Below are positions 1 through 9,200 of a DNA stretch of 64,000 nucleotides, piece after piece. The stretch's first letter is position 1, and the number at the start of each line of letters is the position of its first letter. The DNA is from a virus (taxonomy: Duplodnaviria > Caudoviricetes): positions 1 to 64,000 of IMG/VR virus record IMGVR_UViG_3300011989_000007. The stretch is one strand, 5' to 3'. The position numbers were made by a program, and so were the translations under genes. The notes under the pieces were generated by a model that had not been told where the DNA came from, made no database searches, and saw only the letters and a program-made list of their open reading frames with translations.

Positions 1-1
1 G

Positions 2-199
2 CCTACTTGGGAGGGTATTGTTTTCAGTGCATTGAATATTATATTTTTGCCAACTTTGGCATTAACGCCTTTCAATATACTTTTATCAGGTATTGCTCCT
101 TGGTGGATAATAGTTCCTTTGGATGCTGCATTCACAAGCGGTGGTGTTTGGCTAATGCATACATTCCAAAGCGCAATAGAAAAATATGCGGATGAGTAA
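2..199 (+). CDS. Partial (5'-truncated) membrane protein
   Basis: Frame starting at base 2 is open to TAA 197-199 and reads PTWEGIVFSALNIIFLPTLAL...LDAAFTSGGVWLMHTF...ADE, which is hydrophobic; more plausible than the listed 7..195 ORF. Confidence 0.65.
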   Translation, partial: PTWEGIVFSALNIIFLPTLALTPFNILLSGIAPWWIIVPLDAAFTSGGVWLMHTFQSAIEKYADE

Positions 200-422
200 T
201 ATAGCTGCAAATAGAGAAAAAAGAGCATTGGACAATGATAGACTTATGTCACGCAGAGCAATTAATTTTCAACAAAGAAGAATTGCAGAAGAATTGCTCG
301 GAGACATGGGAAAAGATATGGATGATGTTTTAAGTGGGAAAGTTAAGGTAAAGTTACCTCTATTAATGAGAATAAAATACAAAATAAATTTTTGGATAGA
401 TAAACTTTTTAAAATATTTTAA
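192..422 (+). CDS. Hypothetical protein
   Basis: ORF 186..422; ATG 192 overlaps the end of the upstream gene. Confidence 0.7.
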   Translation: MSNIAANREKRALDNDRLMSRRAINFQQRRIAEELLGDMGKDMDDVLSGKVKVKLPLLMRIKYKINFWIDKLFKIF

Positions 423-424
423 AT

Positions 425-949
425 ATGGCTAATTTAAAGAAAGTAAAGGAGTTGTTTGATTATTACACAAGGTCACTCATAACTATGTATGCACAAAGAC
501 CTAAAGTAACTTCTTTTGAAGAAGCAATAGAAGCAATTAAAACCGAGAAGATTAAAGGTTATCTAAAGGCTTTAGGCTTTGTCAAGTTTCAAGAGAGAAA
601 CTCACAATATTCAGACATAGTTAAATATAAAAACGTGTATTATTTAGGACATTGCGGTCAAACTGACGAAAACGATATTTTTGAAAAGGCTAAGAATGTG
701 ATTGATAAAACTTTCGCAAATAATAGCGATGAGCCAATTATTGCAGTTTATGATAATGGCGAATATAAGTTTTATTTTTGCTATCACGACGGTTTGAATT
801 GGAATGGCAACTTTGTAGACTATATGAAAGATGCCGCAAACAAATTGGGAGAAATGGAGAAAAATGGCGCAACATTCAGTACCGTAACTGACATGCATAA
901 TGATTATGTTGATGATGTTGCTGATTGGCTTTATGTGTATAGAGTTTAA
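425..949 (+). CDS. Hypothetical protein
   Basis: 174-aa ORF tightly packed in an operon. Confidence 0.75.
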   Translation: MANLKKVKELFDYYTRSLITMYAQRPKVTSFEEAIEAIKTEKIKGYLKALGFVKFQERNSQYSDIVKYKNVYYLGHCGQTDENDIFEKAKNVIDKTFANNSDEPIIAVYDNGEYKFYFCYHDGLNWNGNFVDYMKDAANKLGEMEKNGATFSTVTDMHNDYVDDVADWLYVYRV

Positions 950-951
950 TA

Positions 952-1203
952 ATGGAATTGAAATTAAATAGTTACGAGATTTTCGATATTGGAGAAAAAC
1001 TCGACAAAAGATTACATGATGATGGCATTTCTGAAAAATCAGAATTGATTATCTATGTGAATAATGAAGAGTTGAGAAAGATTGACGAAGACCTTTATTA
1101 TAGGAATAATCCTGAAGGTAAGGACTTTGTACCTTCGGAAGGTGAAATTTTAATCACATTCAAGAATCTAACAATCAAAGTAATCGGTAAAGAAAATAGT
1201 TAA
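952..1203 (+). CDS. Hypothetical protein
   Basis: 83-aa ORF tightly packed in an operon. Confidence 0.75.
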   Translation: MELKLNSYEIFDIGEKLDKRLHDDGISEKSELIIYVNNEELRKIDEDLYYRNNPEGKDFVPSEGEILITFKNLTIKVIGKENS

Positions 1204-1209
1204 AAAGTT

Positions 1210-1671
1210 ATGAAATATATAGGAATTAATTTCGTAGATGCTGTTCCTATGGCAGCAGATGTAGCTGAGAAGAAAGGTTACAGAGTGACTGACAACAAAG
1301 GTGATGGCTATGAAGTAACATATGATGATGGTTACAAGTCATGGTGTCCAAAGGATGTTTTCGAGAAGCACAATTATGTAATCAAGAATGAAGAACTTGC
1401 AAATAGTTGTGAGGGTATGGTTTCACCTGACTATAAAGAGCGTTTCAAGGCAGAATATCTTCAGTTGAAAAATCGTCTTAATGGACTAAAACGTATGCTT
1501 GATGCTTGGGATAATGGAAAGCTAACTTTCACTCCTACATGCCCAAGGTCTATATATAATGACCAAGTGAAAGGTATGGAGTTATATCTTAACGTTTTAA
1601 CTTTACGTGCGTCAATGGAGAATGTTACGGCAGATTATATTGATGCTTGTTCTATGGGAACTGCGGGTTAA
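1210..1671 (+). CDS. Two-domain phage protein: N-terminal GYEVTYDDGYKSWCPKDVFE module and a crAss001_48-like helical domain; its stop codon falls inside the proposed IS607 left end
   Basis: Motifs KYIG...GY.V.Y.DGY.SW.PK.VFE and DYKERFKAEYLQLKNR...FTPTCP...QVKGMELYLNVL recalled from phage protein families. Confidence 0.6.
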   Translation: MKYIGINFVDAVPMAADVAEKKGYRVTDNKGDGYEVTYDDGYKSWCPKDVFEKHNYVIKNEELANSCEGMVSPDYKERFKAEYLQLKNRLNGLKRMLDAWDNGKLTFTPTCPRSIYNDQVKGMELYLNVLTLRASMENVTADYIDACSMGTAG

Positions 1672-1766
1672 TTAACTGTTAACTAAAATTTTAAGAAAAT
1701 CTACGAAAAATTATTTATTTTTATGACGATTTTTTTGTATTTTTGCAGAGTTAATAATATTTATAT

Positions 1767-1988
1767 ATGAATACAAAGATAAATAAGTTAAAGAAATCGT
1801 TGAAAGATATGCATCCAAAAGTAGTTAAAGTCACAAAAAAAAATTACACACTTGACAATGGTGATGTTTACGAACATACCTTTGATATAGATGAAAATAT
1901 AACAGTAGATGAATTCCAAACACTGTTAGATAATTCCAAGAACGTTATTGTTGAAACCCTAAATAAAATAGAAAATGATGAAGTATAA
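1767..1988 (+). CDS. Small accessory ORF inside the IS607
   Basis: 73 aa; TAATG stop/start overlap with tnpA. Confidence 0.7.
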   Translation: MNTKINKLKKSLKDMHPKVVKVTKKNYTLDNGDVYEHTFDIDENITVDEFQTLLDNSKNVIVETLNKIENDEV

Positions 1989-2608
1989 TGGGAACATTAT
2001 TGACTATAAAGGACGCTGCCTCTTATCTCAATGTCTCTCAAGACACTTTAAGAAAATGGGATAAGGCAGACAAGTTAAAACCTTTAAAAACAGTAGGAGG
2101 ACATCGTAGATATGATTCTGACGCTCTTGATGAATTTATTGGCTTAACGCGAAAAGATGAAGAAGAAACACCTATTGTTTGTGCAACCTATGCAAGAGTT
2201 TCATCTAATGAACAGAAACAAAAAGGTGATTTGGATAGGCAATCGCAAAGACTATCCGAATATTGTGCCAAGAAAGGAATGCTTGTCACACATATTATAA
2301 AAGATGTTGGAAGTGGTTTGAATGATAATAGAAGCGGTTTTGTTAAACTGACTGATTTAATCATTGCACACAAGGTAAACAAACTGATAATTGAACACAA
2401 GGATAGACTTACACGATTCCAATTTAAATTCATCAAGAAGATGTTTGAGAGCTATGGTTGTGAAGTCATAGTAATCAATGGTATGGATGTTTCCGATACA
2501 GAAGAACTTGCTGCTGATATGATAAGCCTTCTCGCAAGTTTCAGTGGTAAATTCTATGGAAAACGAAGTGCTGAACGAAGAAGAAATAAGAAAACAGATA
2601 ATATATAA
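1988..2608 (+). CDS. tnpA: IS607 transposase (MerR-like HTH + serine recombinase)
   Basis: N-terminal AASYLNVSQDTLRKWD...GGHRRY; catalytic YARVSS; DVGSGLN; EHKDRLTRF. Confidence 0.95.
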   Translation: MGTLLTIKDAASYLNVSQDTLRKWDKADKLKPLKTVGGHRRYDSDALDEFIGLTRKDEEETPIVCATYARVSSNEQKQKGDLDRQSQRLSEYCAKKGMLVTHIIKDVGSGLNDNRSGFVKLTDLIIAHKVNKLIIEHKDRLTRFQFKFIKKMFESYGCEVIVINGMDVSDTEELAADMISLLASFSGKFYGKRSAERRRNKKTDNI

Positions 2609-2614
2609 GATTAA

Positions 2615-3757
2615 ATGTTAAGAGCAATAAAGATAAGATTATACCCGAATAGAACGCAAGAGCAAACGCTTAATAAGGTGCTTGGATGCTATCGTTTTGT
2701 CTATAATCAAATGCTTGCTCTGAAACAAAATGCTTATAAAGCAGATAAGACAAACTTAAAAGTAACTGACTTATCAAAGTGGTTTCACGGAATATTACTG
2801 AAGGATGAACAGTATACTTGGTTGAAAGAACAAAATACAAAAGTAATGAAACAAGCAATCAGGCAAATGGATGATGCTTATCAAAAGTTTTTCAAACAAC
2901 ACAATGGGTTTCCAAAGTTCAAATCAAAGAAGGATAAACAGTCAGCATTGTTTCCATATGAAGCCATTTCAAAACGTAATACTTTTGAAACAAGGCATAT
3001 CAGTTTAACAACACCGTTAAAGAACATTAAATTCCGTTGCTCAGATTTATATTTCAGTAGACTACAGAAGTATAATAGGAATATAAGAAGTGCTACCTTA
3101 TCGAAAACCAAGAGTGGTAATTTCTTCTTATCCATTCTTATTGAAATGGAAGATATTGAATTAGAGAAGTTTGAACACACAAATGAACAAGTTGGTATTG
3201 ACCTTGGAGTTAAAGATTTTGTCATTACTTCCGATGGAGAAGTATTTGAGAACAAACATTTCTTCAAAAAGGAAGAAAAACAAATAAAGAAACTCCAAAG
3301 ACAATTATCAAAGAAAGTTAAAGGTTCTAATAATAGGAAAAAAGCACAAATTCGTATTGCAAAGTTATTTGAACGAATTACTAACAAGAAAAATGCTTAC
3401 ATCCATTATGTATCAAATGAATTATTATCTTACTTTGATACTATCTTTATGGAAGACTTGAATGTGAAAGGTATGTTAAGAAATCATCATCTTGCAAAAG
3501 CAATCCAAGAGGTTGGATTTTATAAGTTCAAGGAAACACTGGTTAATAAAGCACTTGTGAATGGTAAACAAATTGTGTTTGTTGATAGGTTTTATCCGTC
3601 AAGTAAAACTTGTTCGGTTTGTGGTTATAAGAAACGAGATTTAAGGCTAAGTGACAGAGAATGGGTTTGCCCTAAATGTGGAACAAAGCATGATAGAGAT
3701 ATAAACGCTGCGATGAACATATTGTTGGAAGGTCAACGAATGCTCACAGCAGAATGA
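2615..3757 (+). CDS. tnpB: RNA-guided endonuclease TnpB (IS607)
   Basis: RuvC motifs GIDLG, FMEDL and DRDINAA intact; zinc finger CSVCG...CPKCG. Confidence 0.95.
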   Translation: MLRAIKIRLYPNRTQEQTLNKVLGCYRFVYNQMLALKQNAYKADKTNLKVTDLSKWFHGILLKDEQYTWLKEQNTKVMKQAIRQMDDAYQKFFKQHNGFPKFKSKKDKQSALFPYEAISKRNTFETRHISLTTPLKNIKFRCSDLYFSRLQKYNRNIRSATLSKTKSGNFFLSILIEMEDIELEKFEHTNEQVGIDLGVKDFVITSDGEVFENKHFFKKEEKQIKKLQRQLSKKVKGSNNRKKAQIRIAKLFERITNKKNAYIHYVSNELLSYFDTIFMEDLNVKGMLRNHHLAKAIQEVGFYKFKETLVNKALVNGKQIVFVDRFYPSSKTCSVCGYKKRDLRLSDREWVCPKCGTKHDRDINAAMNILLEGQRMLTAE

Positions 3758-3944
3758 TTAAAAAAAAAAAATAATAGGTAGCCGTACTACCGAATATACG
3801 CTTGTGGACTATCCAACTATGGATGACTGATTATCGTAAAATAATGTACTAAAAAGTAGTGATAGGTTGAAGCAAGAAGTGAAATGTAATAGAATCATAG
3901 ATTTTATTAGAATTTCATATACGGTGATACTGTTGGATACACTG
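3758..3944 (+). ncRNA. Putative TnpB omegaRNA: scaffold to 3924, guide from flank about 3925-3944
   Basis: Non-coding tail between the tnpB stop and the right-end GG; position expected for omegaRNA. Confidence 0.6.
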
Positions 3945-4411
3945 CTGACCAAATTGGTAAAGATAAACAATTCAATTGGGCTAATTACAAGTGGAGCATT
4001 GATGGAAGTTATTCAAACTTTAGCAAGTATAACACCGCTGGCGATTCATTGAAATTGGAGGATGATGCAGCTAACGCTAATATGGGAGGAAGTTGGCATA
4101 TGCCTACATCTGACCAAATTAGGGAATTAATTAATGAAACAACAAACACTTGGACAACACAGGATGGAGTGAATGGAAGATTGTTTACATCAAAGATTGA
4201 TACTTCCAAATCTATCTTTATTCCTGCTGCAGGTAACGCTTTAGATGGTTCACTTCACGATAGTGGAAGCTACGGTGACGTTTGGTCCTCTGTGCTGAGT
4301 ACGAACAATGTCATTAGCGGGCAGTACCTCGACTTCGGTTCGGGCTATGTCCGCCTTTACAGCAGCTACGTCCGTTGCAACGGGTTCTCCGTGCGTGGCG
4401 TGCTTGGCTAA
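3923..4411 (+). pseudogene. N-terminally truncated DGR-target-like protein (Bacteroidota C-type-lectin-fold family)
   Basis: Open frame from the IS junction: GDTVGY...LEDDAANANMGGSWHMPT...SIFIPAAG...GDVWSS...RCNGFSVRGV; the usual N-terminal VDLGLPSG...YF.WG part is missing. Confidence 0.75.
4256..4411 (+). other. DGR variable region (VR)-like segment
   Basis: Abrupt GC rise; many NNC/NNT codons (tac agc agc tac gtc, gac, tgc, cgc) as expected from mutagenised AAC/AAT codons; GC-rich end gtgcgtggcgtg. Confidence 0.7.
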
Positions 4412-4445
4412 TGATTAGGTAAATTTTACAAAGAAAACAATATAT

Positions 4446-4480
4446 TGCCCACAAGTCTTTTGGCTTGTGGGCATTTTTAT
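4446..4480 (+). terminator. Hairpin + U-tract (terminator and/or DGR target hairpin)
   Basis: tgcccacaagtc-tttt-ggcttgtgggca followed by ttttt. Confidence 0.7.
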
Positions 4481-4536
4481 TTAGCAATTTTTTTTTTCTA
4501 ACACAATTTCTTTAATATTTATTACAAAAATAAATT

Positions 4537-5922
4537 ATGGCATTGATACAACCAAAACCTTTTCTTGACAATTTTAAATTAAGGAAAACTGCTCATGGGA
4601 CAGAACGTAGACGAAATATGTCTAAATTGATTTTGGAAGATTCTACATATTTTCCAAAGCCAATAACCTATGAGGATATTGATAAGGCTTTCTTTGATTG
4701 GGTTGATAAGACACTTGACATCTCTTATGATGGTAAGAGATTGCCTACATATAGATTGTTTTCGAATCAGAAGATTTCAGAGTATTCTCAGACTTGGGAA
4801 AATCTTGATGATACAGGTAATATCATAATGAATTTTAAAACGATTACTCGTGAGAATAATCCACAACATGGAGAAAGCCAAGGAGAATCTTATAACATAC
4901 CTGGTCATAGAGATTATCCTATGTTTGTAGTACCTGTTCTTCAAGAAAATGGAGAAGAGGCTTACGATTTGTATACCATGAAGCAGCCTTTTGCAATTAA
5001 TTTTGTATATACTGTAAATTTAGTAGTAAATAAGTATGAACTTTTGAATAAGTTCAATGAAATGATTAACTATGAATTTCAGTCGTTACAATGTTATATT
5101 GCGCCTAATTGTCATGCGATGCCTATGATGCTTGATTCTATTAATGATGAATCTGAATATACAGTGGATGACCGTAAATTTTATTCACAAACTTATGCGA
5201 TTAAAGTTTTAGGCTATATCATAAGGAAAGAGGATTATAAAGTACATAGAGTGCCATCAAGATTTATTGTTAGATTCTTGGGTGCTGAAGATGTTGATAT
5301 TTGGAAAAAAGACGGTTTTAAAAAATCAGCTAAATATAAACGAAATAGTGCTAATGATTTGGGAGAGGTACAAGTAGGTAATGATAGCATTTTCAGAAAG
5401 GGAACTAATGATTTGGTATCAATTGATTGTGAAGTTGGTTTAGACCACATTGTTGACCCTAAGAAGCCAAGACCTACAGTTGTTTATACTGAAGAAGATT
5501 TAGACAGGTCTTGTTGCATACAAGGAGAAGATAACCACTATTACAACAAATCATTGGAGTACGAGATACAAATACCTGATTGTGAGAGTAGTGTAACATT
5601 TACAATGGAATCAGAAATGGTACTTAATGAAATTAGCACTGATAATGTGTATGATTTCACCATTTACATTAATCAAGAGTTTACTGATTTGGAAGGCGAT
5701 GTTAGATTTTATGAAGGAGACAGCGTTAAAGTAATGATAACAAGGGATGATTTATTCAAGTCTTCTTCTTTGACTCTAAAAGGATATGACCCTAACGTAT
5801 TCTTTGATGATAGAGTTAATCCTGAATCTGAGCTTGATGTAACCCCTGACGGAGAAAAAATTGTTGTGGATGGAAACGATGAAGAAGATAATGGAAGTGG
5901 AGAAACAACTTCTAATGATTAA
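4537..5922 (+). CDS. Putative tail terminator/sheath stabiliser (T4 gp15-like) with C-terminal extension
   Basis: QPFAINFVYTVNL...MPMMLDSINDESEY..DDRKFYSQTYAIKVLGY; lies upstream of the sheath gene. Confidence 0.5.
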   Translation: MALIQPKPFLDNFKLRKTAHGTERRRNMSKLILEDSTYFPKPITYEDIDKAFFDWVDKTLDISYDGKRLPTYRLFSNQKISEYSQTWENLDDTGNIIMNFKTITRENNPQHGESQGESYNIPGHRDYPMFVVPVLQENGEEAYDLYTMKQPFAINFVYTVNLVVNKYELLNKFNEMINYEFQSLQCYIAPNCHAMPMMLDSINDESEYTVDDRKFYSQTYAIKVLGYIIRKEDYKVHRVPSRFIVRFLGAEDVDIWKKDGFKKSAKYKRNSANDLGEVQVGNDSIFRKGTNDLVSIDCEVGLDHIVDPKKPRPTVVYTEEDLDRSCCIQGEDNHYYNKSLEYEIQIPDCESSVTFTMESEMVLNEISTDNVYDFTIYINQEFTDLEGDVRFYEGDSVKVMITRDDLFKSSSLTLKGYDPNVFFDDRVNPESELDVTPDGEKIVVDGNDEEDNGSGETTSND

Positions 5923-6163
5923 TGAGTCAGATAAAAAATTTGAATTGTCTATGAATGATTTGTATAAGTTAAAAGCCTATATAAATAAAATAGGCGAATT
6001 GACAAATTTATTTTTCGAGTCACAAGTGGAATATGCGAATTTAATTAAGGACGATGACAACTATGAAGACTTATTAAGGGCATATCATAAAAAACTTTCA
6101 GAAAGTGAAGTTGAAATTGACTTGAAGGATGCAAAAGAACTGATAGAAAAGATAAATAGTTAG
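5861..6163 (+). CDS. Hypothetical protein (true start probably downstream of 5861)
   Basis: Helical ORF overlapping the end of the previous gene. Confidence 0.6.
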   Translation: MLWMETMKKIMEVEKQLLMINESDKKFELSMNDLYKLKAYINKIGELTNLFFESQVEYANLIKDDDNYEDLLRAYHKKLSESEVEIDLKDAKELIEKINS

Positions 6164-6257
6164 CAATCTATTTTTTTGATAAACAAAAGAATTTATGGAT
6201 TGTGTTAAATATTTATATATAAAATAACAAAATAATAAAGACAAAATATTTCAAATT

Positions 6258-9200
6258 ATGGCAGATAATGCAAGAGGAGTACATGTATCACCAGGTGTTT
6301 ACTCAAGAGAAATTGATTTGACTTATGCAGTTAAGAGCCTTGGTATTACAACCTTAGGTTTGGCAGGTGAGACTCAGAAGGGTCCTGCTTTTCAGCCAAT
6401 GGCTATCAGTAACTGGCGTGAGTTTGTTAGCACTTTTGGAGGTACTAATCCTGAAAAATTTAAAGGAAGCCAATATCCTAAATATGAGTTGCCTTATATT
6501 GCAAAGTCATACTTAACACAGTCCAATCAGCTTGAAGTTGTTCGTGCATTAGGTCTTAGTGGATATAATGCAGGTCCTGCTTGGTTGATTACTGCTGATA
6601 TGGTAGGAGATGCTAATAAAGATGTTGATGGCGACCAAAAGAAGATGGTTGTTGCAGTTCTTCGTTCAAGAGGTGACTATTTAAAATATCGTAAGTTTGA
6701 CCCATCAACAGGAACTTGTGCTTGTCCAACTGATGAGTATGACACTTTGGTTTATAGAGTAGGTGAAGTTACAAAAACTGCAAGTGAATGCGGTAATCCT
6801 GTACAATATAACAAGTTTGCCTTAGAGTTGGACTACTATACCCCACTTTATTCAACTGGCAATGATTGTGAAGGTTATGAATTTGGGAAAGAAACACAAG
6901 AAACACAAAGTTTTAGTATCTCAGCAAGTAACTTAGGCAGATTTAAGATTAAAGGTATTACAGGTATACATAATTTGGGTACAGGTTATAAGGACTTAAA
7001 TAATACAGGTAGTTCTGGCTGCTGCTTTGAATATGCTGTTTCTTTGAACCCATATGATAAAGATTATATCATAAAGGTTTTAGGTACTGACCCTTCTGAT
7101 GGTGATGCGCCTATTTACGTAGAGGCTTTGTATGATGTTGCTTTGTCACAAGCAATTGCAGAGCAAGCAGATAAAGAAACACACGCAAGCGGAATCACTA
7201 GAGAGCTTTCATTCTATCAAGTTTATTCTCCTGCTGATTATTGTGGATTAGAGCCTGTTGCTTCTTTGCTAACAATTCCTGAAGGAAATCTTTCACGTAG
7301 AAATGTCGGTCAGAGATATTTGGCAGATGCTCACGCTGCTACAAGTGGTGAATTTAAGACTGATGTAGCAATTACATTCCACCCATACGATTATGCAACA
7401 AAAGAGCCTATCACTAGTGCTTATACGGCTGACACAAGTGACATTGATAGTGAAAACTACGATGAGAATGGCTTTATGATTGGCAATGTTAAAGCAGGAC
7501 ATATTTATACTGTAAGTCAGTACACTGACGGCAATGGTCGTAGACATTACTACTATCGTGCTTATACTGAAGCATCAATTAAGAAATATGTTGATGATTA
7601 TAAAAAGAAACATTCTGGAGGAACAATAAACACAGTTACATTATACGACACGCTTAGATACATTGGTAAATCTAAATTTATGAAGGATGAAGCTGTTTTC
7701 ACTGGAAGCACAACTTCAGGTAAAGGAGAAGTAGAAGGTGTAACTATGGAATTTATGAGTGGTATGACATCAGGTAATTCTAAAACTTACACTGATGCTA
7801 ATGTTGGCCAAACATTGGTTAAAAATCTTTCTGATGGACTTTACTATAGAATGTCGGATAGCAACGAAACTGGAGTTACATTTGTAACTTGTGACTTGAA
7901 TAATTATAAGTCAGCATATCGTTATGCTTCTACACCTTGGATTGTGTCTAACTTGATGGGTGATTATGACCATATTGAGCTTAAGAAGTTGTTTAGATTC
8001 CATACTATTTCTGATGGTAAGTGTGCTAACCACGAAGTTAAGGTTTCAATCGAGAACATTCGTCCTGACGATGGCGTATTTGATGTTGTTGTTCGTGATA
8101 TTAATGATACTGATGAGTATCAAGTACCACTTGAGAAGTACTCTCGTTGTAACTTAGTCCCTGGCACGAATAACTATATAGCATACAAGATTGGCTCATA
8201 CGATGGAATGTATGAAAGCAAATCTAAATACATTACCGTAGAATGTAAAGAAGGCGATGTTATTGAAAGCGCTATCCCTGCAGGTTTCTTAGGATACCCT
8301 TCAACACAGTATGGTGGCTATCCAGTCGTAGATGATGCCCAAACAGGTGTTACAAGCCCTTGGATTAGATATAATACATTATATGACAATGATGTTAAGA
8401 ACAGAAAACAGTACTTTGGTTTATCAACACGTGTAGGCGTTGATTTAGACATGTTTGAATTCAAGGGTAATGCGTCTTATATTGATTCACCTCAGATGTT
8501 ATCACATGGTTTCCATTTGGATTCCCGTTTGGATATTGATACAAAAGAGAATCCTAACTACAAGCCAAGCATTACAGTTGATGGCGAATTTGGATATAAA
8601 TTTGATGCAGTTTCAAGAAATAATAGAACAACTACATTAACTGATGCGCCTATAATCGGTACTGAAGAGGCTATGACAGGTACAATTTACGAGTACGATA
8701 ACTTACGTAAGTTCACTGTATACTTCTATGGTGGTTTCGATGGTTGGGATGAGTTCAGAACATCAAGAACAAACACTGATGACTTCAAGGCTTCTAAGTA
8801 TCTTGGTACTTATGACAACAATAGCGGTGAGGGCTACTCATTCAATAGAATTGACGATCCTGAGTCTCTTGGCTTGAATCAGAATGGTATTACATCTGAC
8901 TGGTATGCTTACTTGGCTGCAATTAGACAATTTGCAAACCCTGAAGCAGTTGACATCAACGTATTCGCAACACCAGGTATTGACTACGTAAACAACAAGA
9001 CTCTTGTTGAGGAGGCAATCGAGATGATTGAGGAAGAGAGAGCTGACTCAATCTACGTTGTAACAACTCCTGATAAGCCAATGGGTGCAGGTGACTTTGT
9101 AGACGAGATGTACACTCCTGACGATGCAGTTTACAACTTGGAGGATTCAGAACTTGATTCTAACTATACTTGTACATATTATCCTTGGGTTAAGTATCTT

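Larger units (their letters stand above)
1668..3924 (+). mobile_element. IS607-family element (small ORF + tnpA + tnpB + omegaRNA)
   Basis: Serine recombinase plus TnpB; GG at both proposed junctions (1666-1667 and 3923-3924), consistent with IS607 GG-core recombination. Confidence 0.85.

Noticed and set aside
7-195. Listed 62-aa ORF
   Set aside because: The frame from base 2 to 199 gives a more protein-like membrane sequence that abuts the next gene.
1668-3924. IS607 as an IStron (group I intron hybrid), given the in-frame flanks
   Set aside because: The ~100 nt before the first ORF is AT-rich with no recognisable group I core like those in nrdD.
3867-4052. 61-aa ORF across the IS right end
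   Set aside because: It straddles the omegaRNA and the truncated target gene in another frame; likely spurious.
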